From positions 90,001 to 122,000 of the forward strand of contig LVZN01000023.1 in assembly GCA_001695645.1 (NCBI GenBank): a DNA stretch of 32,000 bases, written 5' to 3'. Of the stretch, positions 9,754 through 18,510 are shown piece by piece. Made by a program: the position numbers and the translations under genes. Numbering within the stretch: position 1 is the stretch's first letter; every line of letters starts with the position of its first letter. The notes beneath the pieces are model-generated. The model made no database searches. It was not told the DNA's origin and worked only from the letters and a program-made list of their open reading frames with translations. The DNA comes from Erysipelotrichaceae bacterium MTC7 (GTDB lineage Bacteria; Bacillota_I; Bacilli_A; Erysipelotrichales; Erysipelotrichaceae).

Positions 9754-11568
9754 CTATGCTTTGTATGAAGTTTTACGTTTTGCAAGAATCATTAATAATC
9801 CTCCTGCAGCCACTAGTGCACTGACAAACAACCAAGGATTTGTTGTATCACCTGTTTCTGGACCATCTACAACAACACTTACAACTAACGTTGGTTGCTC
9901 AGCTGATGGATCAACAACTATTGGTTCAGTTGTCGTACTTTCATTTTTCACTAACACGTAATTTAATGTATGTTCCGTTGGGGCAATCGAACGTTGGCTT
10001 TCATATATAGTCACCAATTTTTTTACATGCAAGCGGAATTGGTCGTAGTGTTTGACTTCTAACATATCAATATCAGATAATTGTGTATCAATTCCTTTAT
10101 CCTCAAACGTTTTTACAATCTCTTTTAAGGTCTTTTCTTCATCACCTACAACAAATGTTGATGCATTTAAATCAAGGACATACTCTGTACAATTTTTTAT
10201 ATCAGCAATATGTTGTAACCCTTCTTCTTGATGGTTAGTTTCACCTTCTATATCAGAGTAATCTACCGTCGTGATAAACGATTTCGTTGAAATTGGTGTT
10301 TCCATTTTAATCAATGTATACGTGAATGTATACGGACCTTGATCAGTTACATTGACATTATTAATTGAATTCACTAAGGACTGTACCACAGCATCAAGAT
10401 CAGCTAAATCTACAGCGTTGTCTACGTAATCTAGACCAGCTAGATTTGTTACTTGTTTTGCAGTAGCATAGTTTTCAATCACTTGTTTTAACGTCAATTC
10501 GATACCATTCTTCGTTGTCATTGTACTTGTTTCAAGATCAATTGTGTAATCACTAACATTTTCGATTGTACTTGGAAGTACAAAACTATCTAGTACAACT
10601 TCACCTTTGTCTGAATAGTTAGTAATTGTGGAAATTGCTTTATGTCTAAACAGTTTATATGACATAGTATATGTACCATTTGAAACTGCATCATTGTTCA
10701 AAATGTCTTGGTACATTTCAAGTACTGCATCTACTCTTGCATACGCTTCAACACTATCAACTTGTTCCAATCCTGCAAGGCCAGTATCTACACCTTCTGC
10801 TTCAAATCCATTAATAATATCTTCCAAAGTTGTAAAATTTATTGATTCAATATCATCATTTTGTGTTTCAACTTCTGCATATGTAGCCTTTAAGATACTT
10901 TGTTTAAGACTTAAACTGTAAAGATCAACATTAGGAATTTGACTTGCTTTCAAAAGACCAACTTCGCTAATCATATCCGAATCAGAATAATTAATTTCTG
11001 TATTAAATTCTTTTGTACTATCTTCATTTGGACATAAATAATACGTTAGTACAAGCGTGCCTGAATTACCAATTGGAACGTCACTTTCTTCATATGTACC
11101 TTCAAAGATTGACTGTGCAATTCCAATAACACCATCTAACTTCACTTTATCATAAGCATATACAATTCTATCCAAACCAGCTAACCCAGACACCTTATTG
11201 GCATCTTCGAATTGTTGAATGGCATTTTTTAGTGAAATTGTAACCTCTTCTGACGCATCTTTATTTCCAAAAAAACTACGGTTTGTATCAATTGCATAAG
11301 CACTAATATCTGCAATTGCTGTGGGCTTCACAAATCCATCAAACTGTACCGACTTCACTGGTTCACTTGAATCATCATTCAAGTAATTTATAACTGTAAT
11401 TAATTCTGTTTTTTCTGTATTTGTCGCTTCTCCTTCACTAGATACATTTACTGCATCCACTTCGTTTGCTAATAGCGTCTTGTTTGTAAAACCAAATGTA
11501 ATCGGTAATACAAACGCACAAATCAATGCTAAACCAAACATCTTAAACTTCTTTATTCCTTGTTTCAT
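9754..11568 (-). CDS. Cell-surface protein with four ~125-135-aa internal repeats of unknown family and a sorting-signal-like C-terminus.
   Basis: The track ORF (to 11709) is trimmed to ATG 11568, which is preceded by AGGAGA (11576..11581) and followed by the signal peptide MKQGIKKFKMFGLALICAFVLPITFG. The repeats each contain ...INY.D...T(L/I)K..I..(F/Y)E.A..V.GLAGLD.V.... The C-terminus is PETGDTTN, then a hydrophobic segment, then KRKTSYKA. Confidence 0.8.
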   Translation of the reverse strand: MKQGIKKFKMFGLALICAFVLPITFGFTNKTLLANEVDAVNVSSEGEATNTEKTELITVINYLNDDSSEPVKSVQFDGFVKPTAIADISAYAIDTNRSFFGNKDASEEVTISLKNAIQQFEDANKVSGLAGLDRIVYAYDKVKLDGVIGIAQSIFEGTYEESDVPIGNSGTLVLTYYLCPNEDSTKEFNTEINYSDSDMISEVGLLKASQIPNVDLYSLSLKQSILKATYAEVETQNDDIESINFTTLEDIINGFEAEGVDTGLAGLEQVDSVEAYARVDAVLEMYQDILNNDAVSNGTYTMSYKLFRHKAISTITNYSDKGEVVLDSFVLPSTIENVSDYTIDLETSTMTTKNGIELTLKQVIENYATAKQVTNLAGLDYVDNAVDLADLDAVVQSLVNSINNVNVTDQGPYTFTYTLIKMETPISTKSFITTVDYSDIEGETNHQEEGLQHIADIKNCTEYVLDLNASTFVVGDEEKTLKEIVKTFEDKGIDTQLSDIDMLEVKHYDQFRLHVKKLVTIYESQRSIAPTEHTLNYVLVKNESTTTEPIVVDPSAEQPTLVVSVVVDGPETGDTTNPWLFVSALVAAGGLLMILAKRKTSYKA

Positions 11569-11893
11569 CTTTTTTTCTCCTATAGTAAAACAAAACTGTG
11601 TTTTTCTATAAGACACACTAATTTTCGCTATGTTGGTCCTACCCAATGTAGCTGACACATTTACACATACACTAGAGTGAGTTTCGTAAGATTTCTCTAA
11701 TGCTAGCACGTCCTACCCTAGAACCCTCTATCGGTCAATCTGTTTGCCCTTACTTTTTATAAAACATAAAACTTTGGCATTCTTACTATATTTTCCTTGC
11801 TTTATGAACCATGCAATCATACCGTTTATATCAATCTTTTGTTGTATATTTTCCTATTGCAACCTGCTCAATTCATCGGTCCTTTTATCGATA

Positions 11894-11924
11894 AAAGAAA
11901 AAAGGACCCAGGGTCCTTCTTTTC
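11894..11924. terminator. Rho-independent terminator downstream of the 1105-aa surface-protein gene.
   Basis: aaggaccc-a-gggtcctt hairpin flanked by A-rich and T-rich runs, about 40 nt after the stop at 11962. Confidence 0.75.
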
Positions 11925-11961
11925 CAAATACATGTAGCACATTTCTTCTAAACGTTGTTTA

Positions 11962-14900
11962 TTATGATTTTTCCTTATATGATTGTTTTCTTCGCTTTAA
12001 TAGCAAGACAATAAAACTAAATCCTGACAGTATCAACATACGTGCACTTCCCATTGCATTTGAAGTGTCACGTGTGTCAGGACTTGCAGATGTATTATCT
12101 TCATCATCTTTATCAATCCCAATCGCTGGAACAATGACATCTTCATCAGATGTGTATTCATTGTCTTTGGGCTTTTCAACATTTGTAGCAGGTTCTACAT
12201 ATATACTTGTTGAGTGATATTCCCAACCATCTTCGGTTTGCAGTATCGTTTCATAATTATCAATATCACGTTCAACAACCCGATATGTGTTTGTCGTCCC
12301 TTCTGTAGGCGCAAGTACGGGAATATCGATAAAACCATTCATACCAATGATTTGAGGGTAGTCTTGACTATACTCCCAATTCATTACTTCTGTAAGTTCG
12401 ACAGTCTCAAACGGTTCTGAGTCATCATTCAAGTAAATATCAAAATAAGCCGTTTTTGGTTGAAGCAATTTAGGATTAGATCCATGATTCCACTGTTTGT
12501 GGATTTTAAGTACACCCATATCTATCATTGGATCTTTACCTTTAAACTTATTTGTAATGACCCATGTATCAAGTTCTTCATTGTACAACGTACTTGTATG
12601 CACGTAGTTTTCATACCCAACAACTTCTTCAACTTTGTAGGTTTCTTCAATCGGCATCTCTTCCCAAACAGCTTTCCAATTTGTAGATTTATCTACCCTT
12701 TTTGGTTGGCCAACGGCAACCTCACTATCTTCTACAATTTTGTACAATTGGAACATAACAAACGCTTCATTCTCATCAAAGTCATGATTTGTTTTATGCG
12801 CCCATTGCTTTTGTGCGCGAATGGTCTGCTTCAACTCTTTCGTATTGGTGAATGCAAAGATTCTATTTTCCGCATTCACTTCAGGATCAGCTTTTGTCCA
12901 TTCTTCGCCTTCTGGCGCTGTGTAGCCCACTTCTTCGATTGTGTAGTCAGCTTTATCAAGACCTGTGATTGTTGTTGTCCATGGAGTTTCTTCTGTTCCA
13001 TCTAATTTAACCTCAGCAACAACATCTTCACCATCCTTGATTTCAAAAGATGCAGTGTGCCCACTTAATTGATCATTTTTTAGGTTTTCACCATTTTCTG
13101 ACCATTTCTTAGTAATCGTATAATCATAAGTTGGTACTTGATTAAAAGTAATAATCCAGTGATTGTCTGAAACTTCTTCTGTCGAATTCCATGTCCAACC
13201 ATCTGAATATCCTTCGATGACAGGAGTGTATAAACCATAATCAAGGTTCTCATAAGTATGAGTCCATTTATTTTCCTCTTTCAAAGTCTGCGTGGTTTCA
13301 GGAACGATCACTCTGCCATCACTTAAATAAACACTTACCTCTTGCCCTCCAGAAAGTTTAAGAATTGAATGAGGACTTAAACCCGCTTTTATAATTTGAT
13401 CGTTTTGAAAATTCCATTGTGTTTCAACTGTAATTGTTTGCTTTTTGCGGTTTATGAAAGTGAAGGTTCCGTTCTCTACAACCGGATTTTCATCTTTTGA
13501 CCACCCATCAACAGTACTTGTCTCTACAACTTTATAGTCATCACGATGAATTCCTTTAAAAGCTACAACATTCTCAAATCCCGTATCTTTAGTTAATTTT
13601 ACAGGATCATATGTTTTACCGTTTTCATCCTTTGCACGATTACCATCTTTATCACATAGCATAAATGTTGCATGTAAATCATTTAGTGATTCTTTACTGA
13701 GTACCGTTTCTCCATCTTTCCATACTTTATTTACTGTATAGTCAAATGTCTTTTTTACCATTTTCGTATTGATGAAAGTGGAAATTCCGTTCTCTACAAC
13801 CGGATTCTCATCCTTCATCCAACCATCAACAGTTTCTGTTTCTACAACTCTATAGTCATCGCGATGGATTCCTTTAAAAGCTACAACATTCTCAAATCCC
13901 GTATCTTTAGTTAATTTTACAGGATCATATGTTTTACCGTTTTCATCCTTTGCACGATTACCATCTTTATCACATAGCATAAATGTTGCATGTAAATCAT
14001 TTAGTGATTCTTTACTGAGTACCGTTTCTCCATCTTTCCATATTTTGTTAATTGTATAGTTATAGGTTTGTACAGGTGGTTCATAAGGATCTAAAGGTTC
14101 GTCTGTCCCACCATAGGGAACACTGTAAATTTCTAATGATGTACTGTTTATGCTTTTTGCAATCACTTGTCCATACAACCGATATGCATCTTTTGATGCA
14201 TCGATGTTCGCATTAGGTGCTAACACCAAGCCAAAAGCTTCTTCATGCATTCTAAGTTCTGTTGCAAATGGAATATTCCAAATAAACTTTGTTCCTTCAC
14301 GTAATCGTTCACTTTTTGCTGCCCATTGAGCTTGTGTTTGTAAGCTGCCAAAATTTACGTTGGCAAAGTAGGTATTAGAAATACTTTCTAGACTTTCAAC
14401 AATCAGAGCTTTTGCATTGGGTAAAAGCATCTTTCCTGAATCCTCTTCTAATAATGATTTAGGAAAGTTTATCACCGTTTCTTTATCACTTGACATAGAT
14501 TCAGACTCCGTAACATATACAAAGTTTACCGATTTTGCTTGATTCGTTTGTGGAGAGTCATATGTGCCGCCTTCCAACATTTTTTTGTATAGATCATCAC
14601 CTATCGTATAACTGTGTCCATCAAGTATGTAAACACAATTTATCCCATCACTAGATGGTACGATATCATTTACATGCAAAATAGTTGATTCATCTTCTAT
14701 CATCGCTTGTGAGTCTTGTTGTATTTGTCCATTTTGTGAAGAAATGGTACTGAAGTCAAAAAAATCATTACTGTGGTAAATCCCACGATCTCCAGCAATT
14801 CCTGCAACACCATTATTTATCGTGGTATAACCGGCACCTATTGAAAAAACGTTATCCATCCCAAAGTATTGTCTTGTCGGCTCAGTTCCCCCTAGTTGCC

Positions 14901-15279
14901 CGAGTTCAATTCGTCCCTTGATGTAACTTGCCCTTCCTAGACTCAAATTACCATAACTATTATATTCAGGTTTAAAATGGCCTCCGACTAAAACAGAACC
15001 TTCGGTTTTTCCAACATCCGTATTTTCCCAAGTTACTGCATTGTAGTATTTAAAAAGGTATTGGTAGTCATATCTTGGTTTGTCTTTTCCATAGGTTAAT
15101 TTACCATCAAGATATGAAAAATCTTCAGTTAAAAAAGTATAGCCCTCCATCCCCGATACATCATCACCTGATACAGGATTTTCTCTATACAATTTTGTTA
15201 AGATTCCATTTTGTGGAAATAAATTGAGACATATCACAAACGCTATTATGACTATCAACAAATTCCTTATTTTTTTCAT
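11962..15279 (-). CDS. Large cell-surface protein: signal peptide, a ~400-aa N-terminal domain (possibly choice-of-anchor-A-like), about six Cna-B/SpaA-type Ig-like repeats, and a sorting-signal-like anchor.
   Basis: Signal peptide MKKIRNLLIVIIAFVICLNLF. The N-terminal segment YNAVTWENTDVGKTEGSVLVGGHF resembles the choice-of-anchor-A motif; this is a recollection, not a search result. The repeats start (Y/F)xYT(I/V)xK(I/V/K)W or QTIxxxxQW and end F(I/T)N(T/R)K, the typical Lys...Asn isopeptide-domain layout. The C-terminus is SPDTRDTSN, a hydrophobic segment, then KRRKQSYKEKS. Confidence 0.85.
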   Translation of the reverse strand: MKKIRNLLIVIIAFVICLNLFPQNGILTKLYRENPVSGDDVSGMEGYTFLTEDFSYLDGKLTYGKDKPRYDYQYLFKYYNAVTWENTDVGKTEGSVLVGGHFKPEYNSYGNLSLGRASYIKGRIELGQLGGTEPTRQYFGMDNVFSIGAGYTTINNGVAGIAGDRGIYHSNDFFDFSTISSQNGQIQQDSQAMIEDESTILHVNDIVPSSDGINCVYILDGHSYTIGDDLYKKMLEGGTYDSPQTNQAKSVNFVYVTESESMSSDKETVINFPKSLLEEDSGKMLLPNAKALIVESLESISNTYFANVNFGSLQTQAQWAAKSERLREGTKFIWNIPFATELRMHEEAFGLVLAPNANIDASKDAYRLYGQVIAKSINSTSLEIYSVPYGGTDEPLDPYEPPVQTYNYTINKIWKDGETVLSKESLNDLHATFMLCDKDGNRAKDENGKTYDPVKLTKDTGFENVVAFKGIHRDDYRVVETETVDGWMKDENPVVENGISTFINTKMVKKTFDYTVNKVWKDGETVLSKESLNDLHATFMLCDKDGNRAKDENGKTYDPVKLTKDTGFENVVAFKGIHRDDYKVVETSTVDGWSKDENPVVENGTFTFINRKKQTITVETQWNFQNDQIIKAGLSPHSILKLSGGQEVSVYLSDGRVIVPETTQTLKEENKWTHTYENLDYGLYTPVIEGYSDGWTWNSTEEVSDNHWIITFNQVPTYDYTITKKWSENGENLKNDQLSGHTASFEIKDGEDVVAEVKLDGTEETPWTTTITGLDKADYTIEEVGYTAPEGEEWTKADPEVNAENRIFAFTNTKELKQTIRAQKQWAHKTNHDFDENEAFVMFQLYKIVEDSEVAVGQPKRVDKSTNWKAVWEEMPIEETYKVEEVVGYENYVHTSTLYNEELDTWVITNKFKGKDPMIDMGVLKIHKQWNHGSNPKLLQPKTAYFDIYLNDDSEPFETVELTEVMNWEYSQDYPQIIGMNGFIDIPVLAPTEGTTNTYRVVERDIDNYETILQTEDGWEYHSTSIYVEPATNVEKPKDNEYTSDEDVIVPAIGIDKDDEDNTSASPDTRDTSNAMGSARMLILSGFSFIVLLLKRRKQSYKEKS
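13441..14064 (-). repeat. Two tandem 318-nt (106-aa) Cna-B-type repeat units. I saw no mismatch in the core of about 180 nt when comparing the two copies by eye.
   Basis: The same run (...cctttaaaagctacaacattctcaaatcccgtatctttagttaattttacaggatcatatgttttaccgttttcatcctttgcacgattaccatctttatcacatagcataaatgttgcatgtaaatcatttagtgattctttactgagtaccgtttctccatctttcca) occurs at about 13552-13735 and again 318 nt later. Protein residues 415-476 equal residues 521-582. Confidence 0.9.
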
Positions 15280-15491
15280 GTGAATACCTTATCCTCCAAT
15301 TTCCGGTATCCGCACTATAAACACATATCAATATACGAAAACAACAATTCCCCATTCACAATGTTTCGTGAATTGTAAGCTGAAATCCTACGAACAACTT
15401 ACGCAACCACATGTTTCTAATTCAATCATAGCCCAATTCGTAATACTTTTAAAATTAAACGCATTACACATGTATGATATAAGCATTTCAA

Positions 15492-15520
15492 ATCATAAAA
15501 CAAGTATCTATTATTGTCAA
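15492..15520 (-). promoter_or_regulatory. Sigma-A-type promoter for the 1105-aa surface-protein gene, implying a ~200-nt 5' UTR.
   Basis: The minus strand reads TTGACA (15520..15515), a 17-nt spacer, then TATGAT (15497..15492). Confidence 0.5.
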
Positions 15521-15613
15521 TATCTCATTTATAATATTAATTATAATATATAATTTTATACACAAAAAAAAGCAATGCCTATGGCGACACCACTTTTTGA
15601 TTGTTATCGTTTG

Positions 15614-17005
15614 TTATAAACCAAAGACTTCTTCAGGACGCATTTTACAAGCAAGACTGCTACAGTTAGCAGGGATGTCCCATCCAGTTTGGTACTGCCA
15701 ATCTTTTGTGGCATTCCACTGGTTAATCGCTTGGTTTTTATTGATTTTCAATTGTAAAACTTCAAGATGCAAGTGTGCCCCTGATGTGTTTCCAGAGTTG
15801 CCAACATAACCGATGAGTTCTCCTTGTTTCACGGAAGTTTTCCCAATAACTGGCATACTTTGACTACAGTGAGCAAATTGCATGACGTAACATACACCAT
15901 TCACTTCCATCAACAACAACATGGTGTTTCCGCCACCAATCGGTACCCCTGACCAGTTACCGAGATAACCACTGTTTGTATCCACTGGATTGTTTGCATA
16001 TAAGACAATGGCATCTGCTGGTGCATAGATTGGTGTACCAATCGGTGCGGCAAAATCAACACCTAAGTGTTTACCCCAACCATTTGGATATTCCCAGGTA
16101 CCAGCGGATATGTATCCAGCTTGAACCGGCCGCACAAAAGATGCACTTTCCATTGGCGGTAATGGCACTTCGGGTTCACTACCATCTTCCGGTAAGGTTC
16201 CAAAATCTAATGATGGCATATTCGCTTCACTTGTATTAGCTGCTGCCATTGTGCGGTTTTTTTCTGCCGTTAAATCTGCTTGTACTTTTTGATATTCAAG
16301 CATAATCGTTTTATTTGCTTCTTCTAAACTCGCAATGTGTTCTTTGCTGTAAATCAAAGATTCTTTTTGTGCTTCTAAGGTATCTTGTAAACGAGCATAC
16401 TCCTCTTTGGCAATTTTCAACTGGTCAATTTCCACTTGCAGTTGATCAATTAAATTTTGATCACTTTCGGTTAAAGTTTGAATGCTTTGGACACGCTGGA
16501 TAAAATCCACAAAACTACTTGATCCCATTAAGAAATCAAAGTATTGATTGGTGTTGATATCCACTTGCAAATCCAACATTCGATCCATAATATGAACCTT
16601 GCGTTTATCAATGTTGCTTTCGTTTTTTTCGATATCTTGTTGCGCAACAACAATATTGGCTTCCATCGCAGCCATAGTTTGTTCAGCTTGGGCCAACTGG
16701 TTGTTTAACGAAACAATTTGTTCACTATACTCTCGTGAAAGGTTTGCTAAACGGTCAATATCATTTTTCAAACCATCGATTTTATCTTGAATCGCATCTG
16801 CTTCTTTTAAGTAACTGTCCTTTTGTCCTTGCATGTATTCTAAAAACGAACGACAGGTTTCTTGCAAACCTGGATCCGTAATGTATTGGGAACAGGTTTG
16901 TTGCCACTGCGTTTCATTTCCTTCAAATTGATTTTTCTTTGGCGCAATCGTTACGAGTTGAACTCCCAGTGCTGTAGCAATCGCATATACAATTATTTTT
17001 TTCAT
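15614..17005 (-). CDS. M23-family peptidoglycan DD-metalloendopeptidase with an N-terminal coiled-coil region (EnvC-like architecture).
   Basis: Signal/anchor MKKIIVYAIATALGVQLV, then a long Q/E/L-rich coiled coil. M23 motifs are HLGVDFAAPIGTPIYAPADAIV and GNSGNTSGAHLHLEV. Confidence 0.9.
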   Translation of the reverse strand: MKKIIVYAIATALGVQLVTIAPKKNQFEGNETQWQQTCSQYITDPGLQETCRSFLEYMQGQKDSYLKEADAIQDKIDGLKNDIDRLANLSREYSEQIVSLNNQLAQAEQTMAAMEANIVVAQQDIEKNESNIDKRKVHIMDRMLDLQVDINTNQYFDFLMGSSSFVDFIQRVQSIQTLTESDQNLIDQLQVEIDQLKIAKEEYARLQDTLEAQKESLIYSKEHIASLEEANKTIMLEYQKVQADLTAEKNRTMAAANTSEANMPSLDFGTLPEDGSEPEVPLPPMESASFVRPVQAGYISAGTWEYPNGWGKHLGVDFAAPIGTPIYAPADAIVLYANNPVDTNSGYLGNWSGVPIGGGNTMLLLMEVNGVCYVMQFAHCSQSMPVIGKTSVKQGELIGYVGNSGNTSGAHLHLEVLQLKINKNQAINQWNATKDWQYQTGWDIPANCSSLACKMRPEEVFGL

Positions 17006-17058
17006 CCATAATCTCCTATTTTTATTATATACGAAAGTTATAGAAGATGCACACTAGA

Positions 17059-17094
17059 CAAAAAGAAGATTTCTTAATTTTCTAAGAAATCTTC
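17059..17094 (-). terminator. Rho-independent terminator after trmL; it overlaps the trmL stop codon.
   Basis: The minus strand reads gaagatttctta-gaaaat-taagaaatcttc (12-bp stem) followed by TTTTTG. Confidence 0.7.
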
Positions 17095-17580
17095 ACCTTT
17101 AATCACTTCATGTTTAACTAAACCTGGATAATCCAATTGTCGATTGACTTCATAGGCCATGATTGCCACACAATTACTTAAGTTCATACTTCTGGCGCTA
17201 GCGACCATCGGTAAGCGGGTACAGCGGTCTAAATGATCTTTTAAGATGTCTTTTGGAATGCCTGTACTTTCCTTGCCAAAAACCAAGTAAATATCTCGAT
17301 CACTAGGGTACGTAAATGCATCTGGCGTTTGTTTGGCATAACGCGACACAAAGTACATTTCACCTTCCCCTTGTTTGCTTAAAAAATCTTGCCAATTTGG
17401 ATAGGTTGTATACTCCAAATCCTTGCGGTAGTCCAATCCCGAACGGCGCAGGTGTTTTTCATCAAGTGAAAAACCTAAAGGTTCAATTAAATGCAGTTTG
17501 CAATTCATTGCCACACATGTACGCATAATATTTCCGGTGTTTTGTGGGATTTCTGGTTCGTATAAGACAATATGGATCAT
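17074..17580 (-). CDS. trmL: tRNA (cytidine/uridine-34 2'-O)-methyltransferase, SpoU/TrmL family.
   Basis: MIHIVLYEPEIPQNTGNIMRTC..., ...LVFGKESTGIP..., and the C-terminal knot motif RSMNLSN. The start overlaps the rdgB stop (ATGA). Confidence 0.9.
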   Translation of the reverse strand: MIHIVLYEPEIPQNTGNIMRTCVAMNCKLHLIEPLGFSLDEKHLRRSGLDYRKDLEYTTYPNWQDFLSKQGEGEMYFVSRYAKQTPDAFTYPSDRDIYLVFGKESTGIPKDILKDHLDRCTRLPMVASARSMNLSNCVAIMAYEVNRQLDYPGLVKHEVIKGEDFLEN

Positions 17581-18155
17581 TGTAAGTCCTCCAATAGTTT
17601 GGCAAGTGCAAGACCACGGTGTGAAACCGTATTCTTTTTATCTGGCTCTACATTTGCTAATGTTGTTGCAAATGGTGGGTAATAAAAGATTGGATCGTAA
17701 CCAAATCCGTTACTTCCTAACATGCGATCGTTGATTTCTCCATGTACTTCCCCACGATATTCTTTATGTGAGCCATCCGCTTTGACATGGCTTATCACAC
17801 AAACAAACTGTGCACCTTTATCATCTGCATTTTGGACTTGATCGATAATCGCTTGGTTTTTGATGTCATAAGCGGTATCTTCTCCCATAAAGCGAGCCGA
17901 ATAAACCCCTGGTGCTCCATCCATTGCATTGACACACAAACCTGAATCATCACTAATGACATCTACGTTCAATACATCATAAACGCTTTTCGCTTTCTTG
18001 TAAGCATTTTCTTCAAAGGTTGCTCCATCTTCGATGATTTCAATGGTTTCATCCAAATCACGAAGACTTTTAACGTTATACCCAAGTGGTTGTAACATTT
18101 CTTTAAATTCTTCTACTTTATGCAAATTGCTTGTCGCAATAAATATTTCTTTCAT
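17577..18155 (-). CDS. rdgB: Non-canonical purine NTP (dITP/XTP) pyrophosphatase, RdgB/HAM1 family.
   Basis: Family motifs ATSNLHKVEEF, EDGATFEENAYKKA, DDSGLCV.A..GAPGVYSAR and GFGYDPIF....G.T.A....E.KN..SHRG. Confidence 0.9.
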   Translation of the reverse strand: MKEIFIATSNLHKVEEFKEMLQPLGYNVKSLRDLDETIEIIEDGATFEENAYKKAKSVYDVLNVDVISDDSGLCVNAMDGAPGVYSARFMGEDTAYDIKNQAIIDQVQNADDKGAQFVCVISHVKADGSHKEYRGEVHGEINDRMLGSNGFGYDPIFYYPPFATTLANVEPDKKNTVSHRGLALAKLLEDLQ

Positions 18156-18180
18156 AAACTTCCTCCACTATCTATCCATT

Positions 18181-18510
18181 TTATGCCACAAAAAGCATTT
18201 GGACAAGTACCATATAAAAAACTGTACCGCCAATAATACTGATAAACATGTTTTTACGCCATAAGTGTAAAGCAATGACTAATCCAGTGGCAAGAAGCTC
18301 GGGAATGCCATGAGTTCCTGTATGGATATCAACACTTTGGTAACAATACACAGTTAACATGGCAATCATTGCTAGTGGTAAGTATTCGCCAAAGTAGACA
18401 ACAATACCTGGGATGCTTTTTCCTTCTGGAAAAAAGATAAATGGTAAAAGGCGTGCAACAATCGTTAGTAAACTACATACCAATATGACAATGAGTGCAT
18501 GGTTATTCAT
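18181..18510 (-). CDS. azlD: AzlD-family branched-chain amino-acid transport protein (small subunit).
   Basis: A 109-aa polytopic hydrophobic protein. Its start overlaps the end of azlC by 8 nt, which is the typical azlCD arrangement. Confidence 0.85.
   Translation of the reverse strand: MNNHALIVILVCSLLTIVARLLPFIFFPEGKSIPGIVVYFGEYLPLAMIAMLTVYCYQSVDIHTGTHGIPELLATGLVIALHLWRKNMFISIIGGTVFYMVLVQMLFVA

Noticed and set aside
11700-11760. AGGGCAAAC ... GGACG in the 604-aa gene leader looked like the start of a c-di-GMP-I (GEMM) riboswitch, which would be attractive upstream of an adhesin.
   Set aside because: I could not build the P1b hairpin with a GNRA loop, and the conserved GGACGCAAAGCC segment is not present (it reads GGACGTGCTAGC). 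This is insufficient for a call, so the region is left as an unclassified leader.
11744-13005. Plus-strand ORFs 11744..12217, 12214..12420 and 12460..13005.
   Set aside because: They run antisense to, or across the terminator of, the 1105-aa gene. Their sequences are hydrophobic or Cys-rich nonsense with no SD.
15368-15553. A 61-aa plus-strand ORF in the intergenic region upstream of the 1105-aa gene.
   Set aside because: It lies antisense within the predicted 5' UTR and promoter. It is AT-rich with Ile/Asn/Tyr-biased composition typical of non-coding AT-rich DNA, and has no SD.
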